The notes under the pieces are model-generated. The model was not told where the DNA came from. It was given only the letters and a program-made list of their open reading frames with translations, and did no database searches. Shown here one piece after another: positions 7,853 through 18,194 of a stretch of 20,697 nt of DNA. The translations under genes and the position numbers were made by a program. The first letter of the stretch is position 1, and each line of letters starts with the position of its first letter. Origin of the DNA: Campylobacterota bacterium (lineage in GTDB: Bacteria > Campylobacterota > Campylobacteria > Campylobacterales > Sulfurovaceae); NCBI GenBank assembly GCA_034722955.1, contig JAYEOM010000096.1:1-20697 (forward strand), read 5' to 3'.

Positions 7853-10603
7853 TTGAAAACTATTACTATCATCGATACTTTCGGCTTCTTTTTTCGCTCT
7901 TTTTTCGCACTACCGCCTCTGCGTAACTCTGATGGATTTCCAACAGGACTACTGACTGGATTTGTCAATCTGATAGACTCTCTGCGGCGTGATCATTCGA
8001 CAGACTATATCGTATTTGCACTAGATAGCAAGGGGAAGACATTTCGCAGTGATCTCTATGCTGAGTATAAAGCCAATCGCGACTCACCTCCGGTGGAGTT
8101 GACCGAGCAGCTTCCTATTGCGATCGACTGGATCGAAGAGATGGGGTTTGCCAATCTCTCACGAGAGGGGTATGAAGCAGATGATGTCATCACGACTATT
8201 ACCAAGATGGCAAAAGAGCAGGGGATGAGAGTTCGTATCGTTTCACATGACAAAGATCTCTATCAGTTGATAGATGATGGTAGAGTTGTGATGGTTGATA
8301 TGGTGAAAAAGCGTGATGTAGATGAGGATGCTTGTATAGAGAAGTTTGGTGTAAAACCAGAGGATTTCACCAATTTCCAAGCGATAGTTGGGGATAGTTC
8401 GGACAATGTCCCTGGAGTCAAGGGTATCGGTATCAAGGGGGCCTCTAAACTGATAAACCAGTATCATACTTTGGAAAATATCTATGCAGATATTGAGAGT
8501 GCAGGGACACCTCGTATCCAAAAACTGCTCCTAGAGTCAAAAGAGCAAGCATTTCTCTCCCGTGAACTAGTCACCCTTAAAGACGATGTTTTCAAAGATT
8601 GTGATTTTGATAGTTTTCACTTTGAAGATAAAAACTATCTCAGTTGTTTGATAGATGATTTTGAACGGTTTGAGATGAAGCAGGCGATCAAAAAAGCGAG
8701 TGTAGGCATGGAGAGAGATGTAGAGAGAGGAAGTATGGAAAGAGGAGATATGGAAAGAGGAGATATAGAGAGTAGATCATCAGAACTCTCCAAGAGATCG
8801 AGTCAGGATAGCCTGCTCTCCTTTAGATCTATAACCCTAGATACCAAAGCCAAACTTGATGCCGTGATCGACACTATCGATGATGAGACTATCGTAGCAT
8901 TTGATACAGAGACTACAGGGTTGGATACCAAGAGTGCAAAGATAGTTGGTTTTAGTTTTTGTATGGATGAGGAGAGAGCATATTATGTACCTATAGGGCA
9001 TAACTATCTTGGTGTAGGAGATCAAGTTCCTCTCGATGATGCCTTGAGTGCATTGAGAAGAGTCCTGAGACACAAGATAGTGGGGCAAAATCTCAAATTT
9101 GACCTCTCACTGCTCTATAATAGATATGATTTTGATGAAGTTATCCCTTATGCCGACACTATGATCATGGCTTGGCTGAGTAATCCAGGCACAAAAGTGG
9201 GGTTGGATATACTAGCCAAACGCTTTTTCAAATATGATATGAAGCCTTTCAAGGAGCTAGTCAAAAAAGGAGATAACTTTTCTGTAGTTGATATAGATGA
9301 AGCTTCATTTTATGCAGCAGAAGATGCTTGGATGACACGGTTGCTCTACTTTAGCCTCAAAAAATCGATGGAGCTAGGTAGTCTGGAGCATCTGTTCCAG
9401 GAGGCAAAAAATGTAGAGTATCCTTTTGTCGATATACTTATACGCATGGAGAGAGAGGGGATCACCATCGATCAGGATCAACTCCATAGACTTCAAGAAA
9501 AACTGAGTTTGGCACTACAGAAACTGACAGAAGAGATCTATCTCTTGACAGAGAGCCAGTTCAATATCAAATCAACACAGCAGTTAGGCAATATTCTCTT
9601 CCAAAAGCTAGGACTCAAAGGTGCCAAAAAGACAAAAACAGGCTATAGTACCAATGAAGCAGTTTTGCAATCTCTTAAAAATGAGCATCCAGTCATAGAG
9701 AAGATCCTAGAGTATCGTGAAAATCAGAAGATACTCTCTACATATGTAGACCCTCTTTTGAGATTGGCAAAAAAAGATCCGCAAAGCCGAATATATACCT
9801 CATTTCTCCAGACAGGAACGGCAACAGGGAGGTTGAGTTCCAGAGATCCAAATCTCCAGAACATTCCAGTCCGATCAGCACTAGGTCGAAGTGTCAGGGA
9901 AGCTTTTGTTGCAAAAGAGGGTTACAGGCTAGTGAGTATCGACTACTCCCAGATCGAGCTTAGACTCTTGGCACACTTTTCTAAAGATAGAGCGTTGATG
10001 GATGCTTTCAAAAATGGTGAAGATATACATATGGCAACAGCTCTGAAACTCTTCGGAGAGGATGAGGCAGAGCAGAAACGAAGTTTTGCAAAATCGATCA
10101 ACTTTGGTCTTCTATATGGGATGGGGAGTCGTAAACTCTCTGATGAGCTGGGCATCACAACAGCTGAGGCGAAAGAGATCATCCAAAACTACTTTGCCTC
10201 TTTTCCTACAGTCAAAAATTTTCTTGAGAGTATCCAAGAGTCAGTCAAAGAGCATGGTTATGTAGAGACTATATTGGGCAGACGCAGGATATTTGACTAT
10301 GAGAGTGCAAACGGCATGCAGAGAGCTGCCTTTATGAGAGAGTCAGTCAATACACTCTTTCAGGGATCAGCCGCAGATCTGATCAAACTCTCTATGCTTG
10401 ATATAGATAGACTTATAGGAGAGGAGAGGCTGGATGCATCTATGCTTTTGCAAATCCATGATGAGTTGATCTTTGAAGTTAGAGAGAGCAAGGTGGAGGA
10501 TATCAGTAGACGATTTGTCTATATCATGGAGCATATAGTTGAACTGCAAGTGCCACTGGAGTGCTCTGTCAGTATAGGTGAGAGCTGGGGAGAACTTAAA
10601 TAA
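7853..10603 (+). CDS. polA: DNA polymerase I
   Basis: 5'-3' exonuclease (YKANR, EADDVI, DKDLYQL, GDSSDNVPGVKGIG), 3'-5' exonuclease (DTETTG, NLKFD, YAAEDA) and polymerase motifs (TATGRLSS, DYSQIELR, KSINFGLLYG, QIHDE). TTG start. Confidence 0.98.
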   Translation: MKTITIIDTFGFFFRSFFALPPLRNSDGFPTGLLTGFVNLIDSLRRDHSTDYIVFALDSKGKTFRSDLYAEYKANRDSPPVELTEQLPIAIDWIEEMGFANLSREGYEADDVITTITKMAKEQGMRVRIVSHDKDLYQLIDDGRVVMVDMVKKRDVDEDACIEKFGVKPEDFTNFQAIVGDSSDNVPGVKGIGIKGASKLINQYHTLENIYADIESAGTPRIQKLLLESKEQAFLSRELVTLKDDVFKDCDFDSFHFEDKNYLSCLIDDFERFEMKQAIKKASVGMERDVERGSMERGDMERGDIESRSSELSKRSSQDSLLSFRSITLDTKAKLDAVIDTIDDETIVAFDTETTGLDTKSAKIVGFSFCMDEERAYYVPIGHNYLGVGDQVPLDDALSALRRVLRHKIVGQNLKFDLSLLYNRYDFDEVIPYADTMIMAWLSNPGTKVGLDILAKRFFKYDMKPFKELVKKGDNFSVVDIDEASFYAAEDAWMTRLLYFSLKKSMELGSLEHLFQEAKNVEYPFVDILIRMEREGITIDQDQLHRLQEKLSLALQKLTEEIYLLTESQFNIKSTQQLGNILFQKLGLKGAKKTKTGYSTNEAVLQSLKNEHPVIEKILEYRENQKILSTYVDPLLRLAKKDPQSRIYTSFLQTGTATGRLSSRDPNLQNIPVRSALGRSVREAFVAKEGYRLVSIDYSQIELRLLAHFSKDRALMDAFKNGEDIHMATALKLFGEDEAEQKRSFAKSINFGLLYGMGSRKLSDELGITTAEAKEIIQNYFASFPTVKNFLESIQESVKEHGYVETILGRRRIFDYESANGMQRAAFMRESVNTLFQGSAADLIKLSMLDIDRLIGEERLDASMLLQIHDELIFEVRESKVEDISRRFVYIMEHIVELQVPLECSVSIGESWGELK
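8708..8779 (+). repeat. Degenerate in-frame 15-bp tandem repeat inside polA
   Basis: ATGGAAAGAGGAGAT occurs twice exactly (8735-8749, 8750-8764), flanked by degenerate units. Encodes MERD-VERGS-MERGD-MERGD-IESRS. Confidence 0.85.
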
Positions 10604-10690
10604 ACTTTAATACAACACCCTAAGCGTTGTTATGACTGCTATTCAAAGATGAAATAGACTAAAATGCCTCCATTATATGAGACGGGGTAG

Positions 10691-13600
10691 ATGAAAATGT
10701 TAAAAACTATATTTTCGATGAAGATGGCAGTATTGCTTATGTTTATTTTTGGGATTGTGATTGGTGTAGCGACCTTTATAGAGAATGATTATGGTACACA
10801 AACAGCTAAGGCACTGGTCTACAATGCACGCTGGTTTGAGTTTTTCCTACTCTATTTTATCGCTATTTTGACCTACAATATGATAAAGTTCAAATCTTAT
10901 AAAAATAGAGTGCCTGTCTTTATGTTTCACTTCTCTTTTTTGATTATGGCTTTAGGTGCCGTGTTGACCCGTTTTGTCGGTTATGAAGGGATCATGCATA
11001 TTCGTGAAGGCGAAGAGAGTGACCATATGATCTCTGATGTCAAGATACTGCAGATCACCCTAGATGATGGCAAGAGTCAAACTAGCTATGATAAACAGAT
11101 ATATCTCTCCTCTATGACAAAAAATCATCTAAGTGATACATTTACTATAGGTGATAAAAAAGTATCTATGGAGCTGCTAGAGTATAAGCCCAATGCCCAA
11201 AAAGTGATCATCGATGACCCTAAAGGTAAAAAAGTCTTAGAGTTCAAAGTAGCAGGAGGCTCTGCACAGGGTAAGATCATCCCACTATCTGAGGGTGAAG
11301 AGTATGATGCAGGCGGATTTATCATCACTTACAATAGTGATATTAAGAGTGCTAAGCCTCAGTTTAAAGTTTCTGATAAAAATGGCACATTGATAGCTGA
11401 GACGACTTATGATATGCAGTATCTCAAGATGGATGACCAGAGCAAGGGAGAGTTAAAAGCTGGAGTCAATACTCTACAGAAGCGACACCTCTACCATTTT
11501 GGTGACTACTCTCTCGTCTTGAAGTCTATACATGACAAGGCTGTAGTGGCTTATGCTTCGAGTGGTCTAAAGCCTGAGAGTAGAAAACCAGAGTTGATAG
11601 AGTTGAAGTTTAGTGTTGGTGATCATAGCAAAATCATAGATATCATGTCCAAGAAAGGGATGGTTGGTGAACCTGAGAAGTTTACTATTGATGGTATTGA
11701 GATTAGTGCCTCATTTGGGGTGAAGATCATACCTATACCTTTTGCTATCAAGCTAGTCAAGTTCGATCTAGAGCGCTACCCCGGCTCCATGACACCATCA
11801 TCGTATGCTAGTGATGTAGTGTTGATCGATAGAGATAGAGATATAGAAAAGCCTTACCGTATCTATATGAATCATGTACTAGATCATAGAAACTACCGTT
11901 TTTTCCAATCCTCATATGATACAGACGAGAAGGGAACCATACTCTCTGTCAACCATGACCCGGGAACACTTCCTACATATATCGGATATCTTCTTCTTAT
12001 TATAGGTATGGTTTGGTCTCTATTTATCCCCAATGGAAGGTTTCAAACTCTTGTTAAGAGTGCTAGAAAGTTACAACATGGTGCTATAGCTATAGCGGCT
12101 ATCATATCTCTCGGGTTTATGGGATCACCACTGCAAGCTGCCACTATCACAGCTGACCCCAAGACCAAAGAGGTGATAGGCAAATACTCAAAAGTACATG
12201 CCCAGAAGTTCAGTAGACTTGCAGTACAAGATCATCAAGGGCGTATGAAACCTATCGATACACTAGCTCACGAGGTTGTCTCCAAGATATCAGGCAAGAG
12301 TTCTATTTTGGGTCTCACTCCAAGTCAAGTTATGCTCGGCATGACAACTAAGCCTGATCTATATCAGGAGGTGGCGATGATCAAAATCGGTCACCCCAAG
12401 ATCGCTGTTGATTTAGGGCTTCCAGAGGGTAGTAAATATGCAAAATTCTCTGACTTTTTCAATAAGATAAATAATGAATACAAGATCTTCAAAGAGGTGA
12501 CTCTCGCTACGCGTAAAAAACCCCTAGAGAAGAGTCAATACGACAAAGAGCTGATCAAGGCAGATGAGCGAGTCAATGTCGCTTATATGGTCTATATAGG
12601 GAGTCTTCTCAATATATACCCTAAGCCTAAAGATAAAAATAACAAATGGCTCTCTCCTGTAGAGGCGATCAAGAGTTTCCCCGGAAAAGAGAGTCAAATG
12701 GTACAGCTCATCACGATGAGTTATTTTCAGAGTATAGAGGAGGGGATAAAAACAGGCAATTGGAAAAAAGCAGATGATTCACTGGATGTCATATCTAAAT
12801 ATCAGAAATTTTATGGCGGTGAAGTGATCCCTAGTCAAAGCCATCTAGAGATGGAGATAGAGTACAATAGATTGGGGCTTTTTAGTAAGCTGGTGCCGCT
12901 TTATCTGATTTTGGGGTTGGGATTACTCTTTTTTGCTTTTGTACATGTAGTCAAACTCAACTTTAATATGAAGTGGATTATGCGTATCTCTTGGTCTGTT
13001 TTGGTACTTGGTTTTATCATACATGTGATCGGCATGGGGATTCGTTGGTATATCTCCGGACATGCTCCATGGAGTAATGCCTACGAGTCTATAGTGTTTA
13101 TCGCTGCATCGACTCTGCTGGCAGGTTTGCTGTTGGCTAGAAGATCACCATTTGCTCTAGCAGGTGCTGCACTGCTGGCTGGTATCACTATGGGGGTTGC
13201 ACATATGAACTTCATCAATCCTGAGATCACAAATCTTGTACCGGTACTCAAGTCATACTGGCTCATGATCCATGTGGCTACGATCATCGCCGGTGATGGT
13301 TTTCTAGGGTTGGGATCTATCCTCTCTCTCTTTGTTTTGATACTTTTTATTATCCGCAGGGATACTAAAGAGAATATAGACCGCTCTATCAAAGAGTTGA
13401 CAAACCTATCTGAGATGAGTCTCATCATAGGTCTCATCCTGATGACAACAGGTAACTTTCTAGGTGGTGTCTGGGCAAACGAGAGCTGGGGTAGATACTG
13501 GGGCTGGGATCCCAAAGAGACTTGGGCTGCTGTTACTATCTTGATCTATGCTACGGTACTGCATTTGAGATTTGTACCCAAGTTGAAATCCATATATGTT

Positions 13601-13789
13601 TTCAATGTCGCTTCTATCTGGGCATATAGCACTGTACTGATGACATATTTTGGTGTCAACTACTATCTCTCCGGACTGCACTCATATGCAGCAGGAGATC
13701 CTATACCTTTCCCAATGTGGGCTTGGTATAGTATAGCAGGACTGTTGATCCTCACACTGCTAGCAGCAAGGAATAGAGCTTTAAAATAG
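10691..13789 (+). CDS. ccsA: System II cytochrome c synthase, fused CcsBA (NrfI/CcsA-like)
   Basis: N-terminal ResB/CcsB-like part (ATFIENDYG, FHFSF, MNHVLD..YRFFQSSYD) and C-terminal CcsA part with HAPWSNAYES, WWD motif WANESWGRYWGWDPKETW and GLHSYA. Confidence 0.95.
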   Translation: MKMLKTIFSMKMAVLLMFIFGIVIGVATFIENDYGTQTAKALVYNARWFEFFLLYFIAILTYNMIKFKSYKNRVPVFMFHFSFLIMALGAVLTRFVGYEGIMHIREGEESDHMISDVKILQITLDDGKSQTSYDKQIYLSSMTKNHLSDTFTIGDKKVSMELLEYKPNAQKVIIDDPKGKKVLEFKVAGGSAQGKIIPLSEGEEYDAGGFIITYNSDIKSAKPQFKVSDKNGTLIAETTYDMQYLKMDDQSKGELKAGVNTLQKRHLYHFGDYSLVLKSIHDKAVVAYASSGLKPESRKPELIELKFSVGDHSKIIDIMSKKGMVGEPEKFTIDGIEISASFGVKIIPIPFAIKLVKFDLERYPGSMTPSSYASDVVLIDRDRDIEKPYRIYMNHVLDHRNYRFFQSSYDTDEKGTILSVNHDPGTLPTYIGYLLLIIGMVWSLFIPNGRFQTLVKSARKLQHGAIAIAAIISLGFMGSPLQAATITADPKTKEVIGKYSKVHAQKFSRLAVQDHQGRMKPIDTLAHEVVSKISGKSSILGLTPSQVMLGMTTKPDLYQEVAMIKIGHPKIAVDLGLPEGSKYAKFSDFFNKINNEYKIFKEVTLATRKKPLEKSQYDKELIKADERVNVAYMVYIGSLLNIYPKPKDKNNKWLSPVEAIKSFPGKESQMVQLITMSYFQSIEEGIKTGNWKKADDSLDVISKYQKFYGGEVIPSQSHLEMEIEYNRLGLFSKLVPLYLILGLGLLFFAFVHVVKLNFNMKWIMRISWSVLVLGFIIHVIGMGIRWYISGHAPWSNAYESIVFIAASTLLAGLLLARRSPFALAGAALLAGITMGVAHMNFINPEITNLVPVLKSYWLMIHVATIIAGDGFLGLGSILSLFVLILFIIRRDTKENIDRSIKELTNLSEMSLIIGLILMTTGNFLGGVWANESWGRYWGWDPKETWAAVTILIYATVLHLRFVPKLKSIYVFNVASIWAYSTVLMTYFGVNYYLSGLHSYAAGDPIPFPMWAWYSIAGLLILTLLAARNRALK

Positions 13790-13793
13790 GGTT

Positions 13794-14330
13794 TTAGTTA
13801 TGCCCTTTATGTCTCTTTGTTTTTGCTTTGCGATCTTTTCTCAATTTTGCCTTTTCGTCTTGCTCGGTTTTGACAGAGAAGATCCAGAGGCGATTGACAA
13901 TAAAATAGACTGTAGATGAGACAAAGATAGAGTAAAAAGCAGCTCCTATATAGAGTGGTACAAATATATCGCCCAAATGCTCCTTGAACCACTCTACGCT
14001 CATCTCTACGCTATCTATCCCCTCTCGTCCAAGGATAAAATTGCCTGTAAGATACTCCATATAGTACATAGGTGGCATTGTGATAGGATTACTTAGCCAT
14101 ACGATAGAGATAGCTAGAGGTACATTGAACTTCATGAAAGGTGTCGTAGCAAGTACTGCAAGCATCTGCATAGGCATAGGGACAAACCCCCAAAATAGTC
14201 CCACTAGGATAGCTCTGGAGACAGACTTTCTATTGATAGAGAGATATTCACGAGGAATGTTATACTTATCTATAAAATCATTGATCTTTCCGGAGGTACT
14301 TTTGCTTTTTTTAAATACTTTTCGTATCAT
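13794..14330 (-). CDS. DUF2062-like membrane protein
   Basis: Motifs 'GLFWGFVPMPMQ', 'NVPLAISIVWLSNPITMPPMYY' and 'PLYIG' are typical of DUF2062. Basic C-terminal tail. Confidence 0.85.
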   Translation of the reverse strand: MIRKVFKKSKSTSGKINDFIDKYNIPREYLSINRKSVSRAILVGLFWGFVPMPMQMLAVLATTPFMKFNVPLAISIVWLSNPITMPPMYYMEYLTGNFILGREGIDSVEMSVEWFKEHLGDIFVPLYIGAAFYSIFVSSTVYFIVNRLWIFSVKTEQDEKAKLRKDRKAKTKRHKGHN

Positions 14331-14475
14331 TTAACTATTAACTCTCCTTGAGATTATCTTTGCTAGTGTATTATCTATCTACTTAAAATATATCGTATAT
14401 CTCCTCTGCAAATCACCTTTTTATCAATATTTGTGTAAAATACACCTAATATCTTTTATAATTAGGGGTTTTACA

Positions 14476-15411
14476 ATGGGTGGATATATGATTTTTTCAG
14501 GGACAGCTAATCCAGAGTTATCTGAAGAGATAGCAAAATATCTTGAGATGCCTCTATCGAAGGCAAAAATCAATCGCTTTTCTGATGGAGAGATAAATAT
14601 TCAGATCTCTGAAAGTGTTCGGGGCAAAGATGTATTTATCATCCAGCCCACTTGCTCTTCTGCCAATGACAACCTCATGGAGCTGTTGATCATGGCAGAT
14701 GCACTCAAACGCTCTTCGGCTAGATCAATCACGGCTATCGTTCCATATTATGGATATGCCAGACAAGATCGAAAAGCTGCACCTAGAGTACCGATCACTG
14801 CAAAGCTTGTGGCCAATATGATCGAAACGGCAGGAATCTCTCGTATGGTAACTGTAGATCTCCATGCATCACAGATACAGGGATTTTTTGATATACCTGT
14901 TGACAACCTCTATGGTGCCATTATATTTTTAGATTATATAAAATCAAAAAACTTCAAAAACCCTGTGATAGCATCACCAGATATAGGAGGGGTGGCAAGG
15001 GCACGCTATTTTGCCAAAAAACTGGATCTAGATATGGTTATCGTCGATAAACGACGAGAAAAAGCCAACCATTCAGAGGTGATGAATATCATCGGTGAAG
15101 TTGAAGGAAAAGATATTATCCTGATAGATGATATGATCGATACGGCAGGTACTATGACCCATAGTGCACAAGCTCTCAAAGACTTAGGTGCATCAAGCGT
15201 AATGGCATGCTGTACACACCCAGTACTCTCTGGACCGGCATTTGATCGCATAGAGAGTGGGGCTCTTGATGAACTTGTAGTTGCCAACACAATCCCTATG
15301 CCAAGAGCTTGCAAAAAGATCAAGATGCTCTCTACATCCTCTATGTTAGGTGAGGTTATCAGAAGAGTAGGCAACAATGAGAGTGTTAACTCACTTTTTG
15401 AGACAACATAA
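14476..15411 (+). CDS. prs: Ribose-phosphate pyrophosphokinase
   Basis: [34 protein letters not shown] and DDMIDTAGT. Start placed at ATG 14476 after SD AGGGG (14464-14468) rather than TTG 14431. Confidence 0.97.
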   Translation: MGGYMIFSGTANPELSEEIAKYLEMPLSKAKINRFSDGEINIQISESVRGKDVFIIQPTCSSANDNLMELLIMADALKRSSARSITAIVPYYGYARQDRKAAPRVPITAKLVANMIETAGISRMVTVDLHASQIQGFFDIPVDNLYGAIIFLDYIKSKNFKNPVIASPDIGGVARARYFAKKLDLDMVIVDKRREKANHSEVMNIIGEVEGKDIILIDDMIDTAGTMTHSAQALKDLGASSVMACCTHPVLSGPAFDRIESGALDELVVANTIPMPRACKKIKMLSTSSMLGEVIRRVGNNESVNSLFETT

Positions 15412-15438
15412 TTTAAACACAAAAAAACAAGGTTTTTA

Positions 15439-17250
15439 ATGGCTAAAACAGTACCCCAATCACATATTCGGAATTTTTCTATTATAGCTCATATAGATCA
15501 TGGAAAATCTACACTTGCAGATAGGATTATCCAAGAGTGTGGAGCAGTTTCGGATAGACAGATGTCTTCTCAGGTGATGGATACGATGGATATCGAGAAA
15601 GAGCGTGGGATTACGATCAAAGCACAGAGCGTAAGACTCAACTATGAAAAAGATGCAGAGCAGTATATCCTCAACCTGATAGATACTCCAGGGCATGTAG
15701 ATTTCTCTTATGAGGTGAGTCGTTCTCTCGCCTCTTCAGAGGGTGCATTGCTGATCGTGGATGCTGCACAGGGTGTAGAGGCACAGACTATTGCCAATGT
15801 ATATATAGCCATAGAGAATGATCTGGAGCTTCTACCCGTAGTCAACAAGATCGATCTGCCTGCTTCTGATCCTGATAGGGTCTTGACAGAGCTAGAGGAG
15901 GCGATCGGTATAGATGCAACAGAGCACAATCTAGTCTCTGCCAAGACAGGTCTAGGGGTGAAAGATCTCATAGACTCTATTGTCGATCGTATCCCTGCTC
16001 CTAACGGTGACGAAGAGGCTCCGGCAAAAGCACTCATATATGATAGTTGGTTTGACAACTACCTAGGAGCTTTGGCACTAGTGCGTGTATTTGAGGGGAG
16101 CCTCAAAAAAGGACAAGTAGCTAAAATAATGGGTACTAAAAATGAGCATCAGATCCTTAATCTAATGTACCCAAACCCTATCGATCCTATCAAAACGGAT
16201 GAGATTCGTGCAGGTGAGATAGGCATAGTAGTTATGGGACTCAAAACAGTTGACTCTCTACAGGTGGGAGATACCATCACAGATGCTAAGAACCCTACCA
16301 CAGATATGATCCAAGGTTTTGAACCGGCTAAACCATTTGTATTTGCAGGGATCTATCCTATAGAGACAGATAAGTTTGAAGATCTGCGTGACGCACTCAA
16401 TAAATTAAAACTCAATGACTCCTCTCTGAGTTTCGAGCCTGAGAGCTCTATGGCATTGGGTAGTGGATTTAGAACAGGTTTCTTGGGCATGCTGCATATG
16501 GAAGTGATCAAAGAGAGACTTGAGCGGGAGTTCAACCTAGATCTCATCGCAACTGCACCTACGGTAGTATATGAAGTGAAGCTGACCAGTGGTGATGATA
16601 TGGAGATCCAAAACCCCAGTGAACTCCCTGAACCTCAAAAGTTGGATGCTATATATGAGCCATATGTCAAAGCGACTATCCTGACTCCTCAAGAGTTCGT
16701 AGGCAATCTCATCAAGCTTCTAAATGACCGTCGCGGGATTCAGATCAAGATGGATTATCTCAATGAGACTCGTGTTCTCATGGAGTATGATATCCCTATG
16801 AATGAGATAGTGATGGATTTTTATGACAAACTCAAAAGTATCACCAAGGGTTATGCAAGTTTTGATTATGAGCCTATTGGTTTTAGAGAGGGGAAGCTTG
16901 TCAAGCTTGATATCAAGGTTGCAGGAGAGGTGGTGGATGCACTCTCCATCATCGTACCCGAAGAGAAGGCTAGAACACGCGGATTGGCTTTTGTCGCCCA
17001 GCTCAAAGAGTTGATCCCAAGACAACTATTTGAAGTGGCTATTCAAGCGAGTATCGGCAACAATGTAATAGCTAGATCCAATGTAAAGTCGATGGGAAAA
17101 AATGTAACTGCCAAGTGTTATGGCGGTGATATCACACGAAAGAGAAAGCTCTTGGAGAAGCAAAAAGCCGGCAAAAAGCGCATGAAGTCGATCGGAAGCG
17201 TAGAGGTACCTCAAGAGGCATTTATGGCTGTTCTAAAGCTGGATAGTTAA
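15439..17250 (+). CDS. lepA: Elongation factor 4 (LepA)
   Basis: [47 protein letters not shown] and [18 protein letters not shown]. Confidence 0.99.
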   Translation: MAKTVPQSHIRNFSIIAHIDHGKSTLADRIIQECGAVSDRQMSSQVMDTMDIEKERGITIKAQSVRLNYEKDAEQYILNLIDTPGHVDFSYEVSRSLASSEGALLIVDAAQGVEAQTIANVYIAIENDLELLPVVNKIDLPASDPDRVLTELEEAIGIDATEHNLVSAKTGLGVKDLIDSIVDRIPAPNGDEEAPAKALIYDSWFDNYLGALALVRVFEGSLKKGQVAKIMGTKNEHQILNLMYPNPIDPIKTDEIRAGEIGIVVMGLKTVDSLQVGDTITDAKNPTTDMIQGFEPAKPFVFAGIYPIETDKFEDLRDALNKLKLNDSSLSFEPESSMALGSGFRTGFLGMLHMEVIKERLEREFNLDLIATAPTVVYEVKLTSGDDMEIQNPSELPEPQKLDAIYEPYVKATILTPQEFVGNLIKLLNDRRGIQIKMDYLNETRVLMEYDIPMNEIVMDFYDKLKSITKGYASFDYEPIGFREGKLVKLDIKVAGEVVDALSIIVPEEKARTRGLAFVAQLKELIPRQLFEVAIQASIGNNVIARSNVKSMGKNVTAKCYGGDITRKRKLLEKQKAGKKRMKSIGSVEVPQEAFMAVLKLDS

Positions 17251-17699
17251 TGGGTTGGGCTATACACTTTCACATGATAGCAGCGATATCATGGATCGGT
17301 GGTTCAGTCTTTCTCTTTATCCTCGGTGTAACCATGAGAGACAAACAGGATCAAAAAGAGGTCTATCCCCGTATCGGACCAATCTACGGCTATTTTGAGA
17401 TTACAGCACTATTTACACTTCTGATCACAGGTACTTGTATGATCACAGATAACGGATTGATGGATATACTCTTTGATATGAGTATCCACAATGAAGTGAT
17501 AGATTCACTTCGCATAAAGCTCATCTTTGTGGCTGTATTGGCTATCATGACTGTGGTGCATACTATCATAGCACTCAAAACACTTCATACAGAGAAGAGC
17601 CTTAAGCAGAAACTCTTTTCTCGTGGTGCATCTATGGGTATATTCTTTCTGAACTTTATCGTATTGCATTATGCGATGGTGATCAGAGATATATTATGA
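17250..17699 (+). CDS. Four-TM membrane protein, CopD-like
   Basis: H-x-H...AISWIGG in TM1, 'LLITG' in TM2 and 'KLIFV...VH' in TM3 match the CopD-like pattern. TAATG overlap with lepA. Confidence 0.6.
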   Translation: MGWAIHFHMIAAISWIGGSVFLFILGVTMRDKQDQKEVYPRIGPIYGYFEITALFTLLITGTCMITDNGLMDILFDMSIHNEVIDSLRIKLIFVAVLAIMTVVHTIIALKTLHTEKSLKQKLFSRGASMGIFFLNFIVLHYAMVIRDIL

Positions 17700-17740
17700 T
17701 TTTTAACCGATATTTCGTATTTATAATAGAAAGGTAAAAG

Positions 17741-18190
17741 ATGGAATTTAATAAAGGTGAGTTTTTGATAGAGACAGTTGTTCCTGCAGAGCAGTTGATA
17801 GTCTCTAGAACAGATCTAAAAGGCAATATCACTTATGCCAATGAGACATTTGTAGAGATCAGCGGATATAGTTTAGATGAGCTGATCGGCAATTCACACA
17901 ATATGGTAAGACATCCTGATATGCCAAGTGCTGCATTCAAGGATCTATGGGAAAAGCTAAAGAGTGGTGGAAAATGGAGCGGTTTTGTCAAAAATCTACG
18001 AAAAGACACAGGACACTATTGGGTTTTTGCGGATATAAGCGGAGTCTACAAAGATGGTAAATTGGTAGAGTATAAATCATTGAGAACACCTATAAGTTTT
18101 GAAGATAAAGTAAAGTATCAAAAGCTTTATGATGAGATGAGACTTCAAAATGGTGAGAGAAGAAGAGTCGTAAGCTATATAGACGATTAG
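17741..18190 (+). CDS. Stand-alone Aer/CetB-type PAS domain protein
   Basis: SRTDLKGNITYAN..F..ISGYS..EL.G.SHNMVRHPDMP...F..LW..L.....W.G.VKN.RK...YWV is the Aer-type FAD-binding PAS pattern. No TM segment or output domain. SD AAGG at 17731-17734. Confidence 0.9.
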   Translation: MEFNKGEFLIETVVPAEQLIVSRTDLKGNITYANETFVEISGYSLDELIGNSHNMVRHPDMPSAAFKDLWEKLKSGGKWSGFVKNLRKDTGHYWVFADISGVYKDGKLVEYKSLRTPISFEDKVKYQKLYDEMRLQNGERRRVVSYIDD

Positions 18191-18194
18191 ATCT

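Noticed and set aside
10612..10630. Terminator after polA (ACAAC...GTTGT)
   Set aside because: Only a 5-bp AT-rich stem with no U-tract.
14431..14475. N-terminal extension of Prs from TTG 14431
   Set aside because: The region contains a TAAAAT -10-like box and the SD for ATG 14476. The Prs-like sequence begins at MGGYMIFSG.
17722..17727. TATAAT as an internal promoter for the PAS gene
   Set aside because: The implied TSS (~17733-17734) would fall inside the AAGG SD, and the context is AT-rich, so a chance match is likely.
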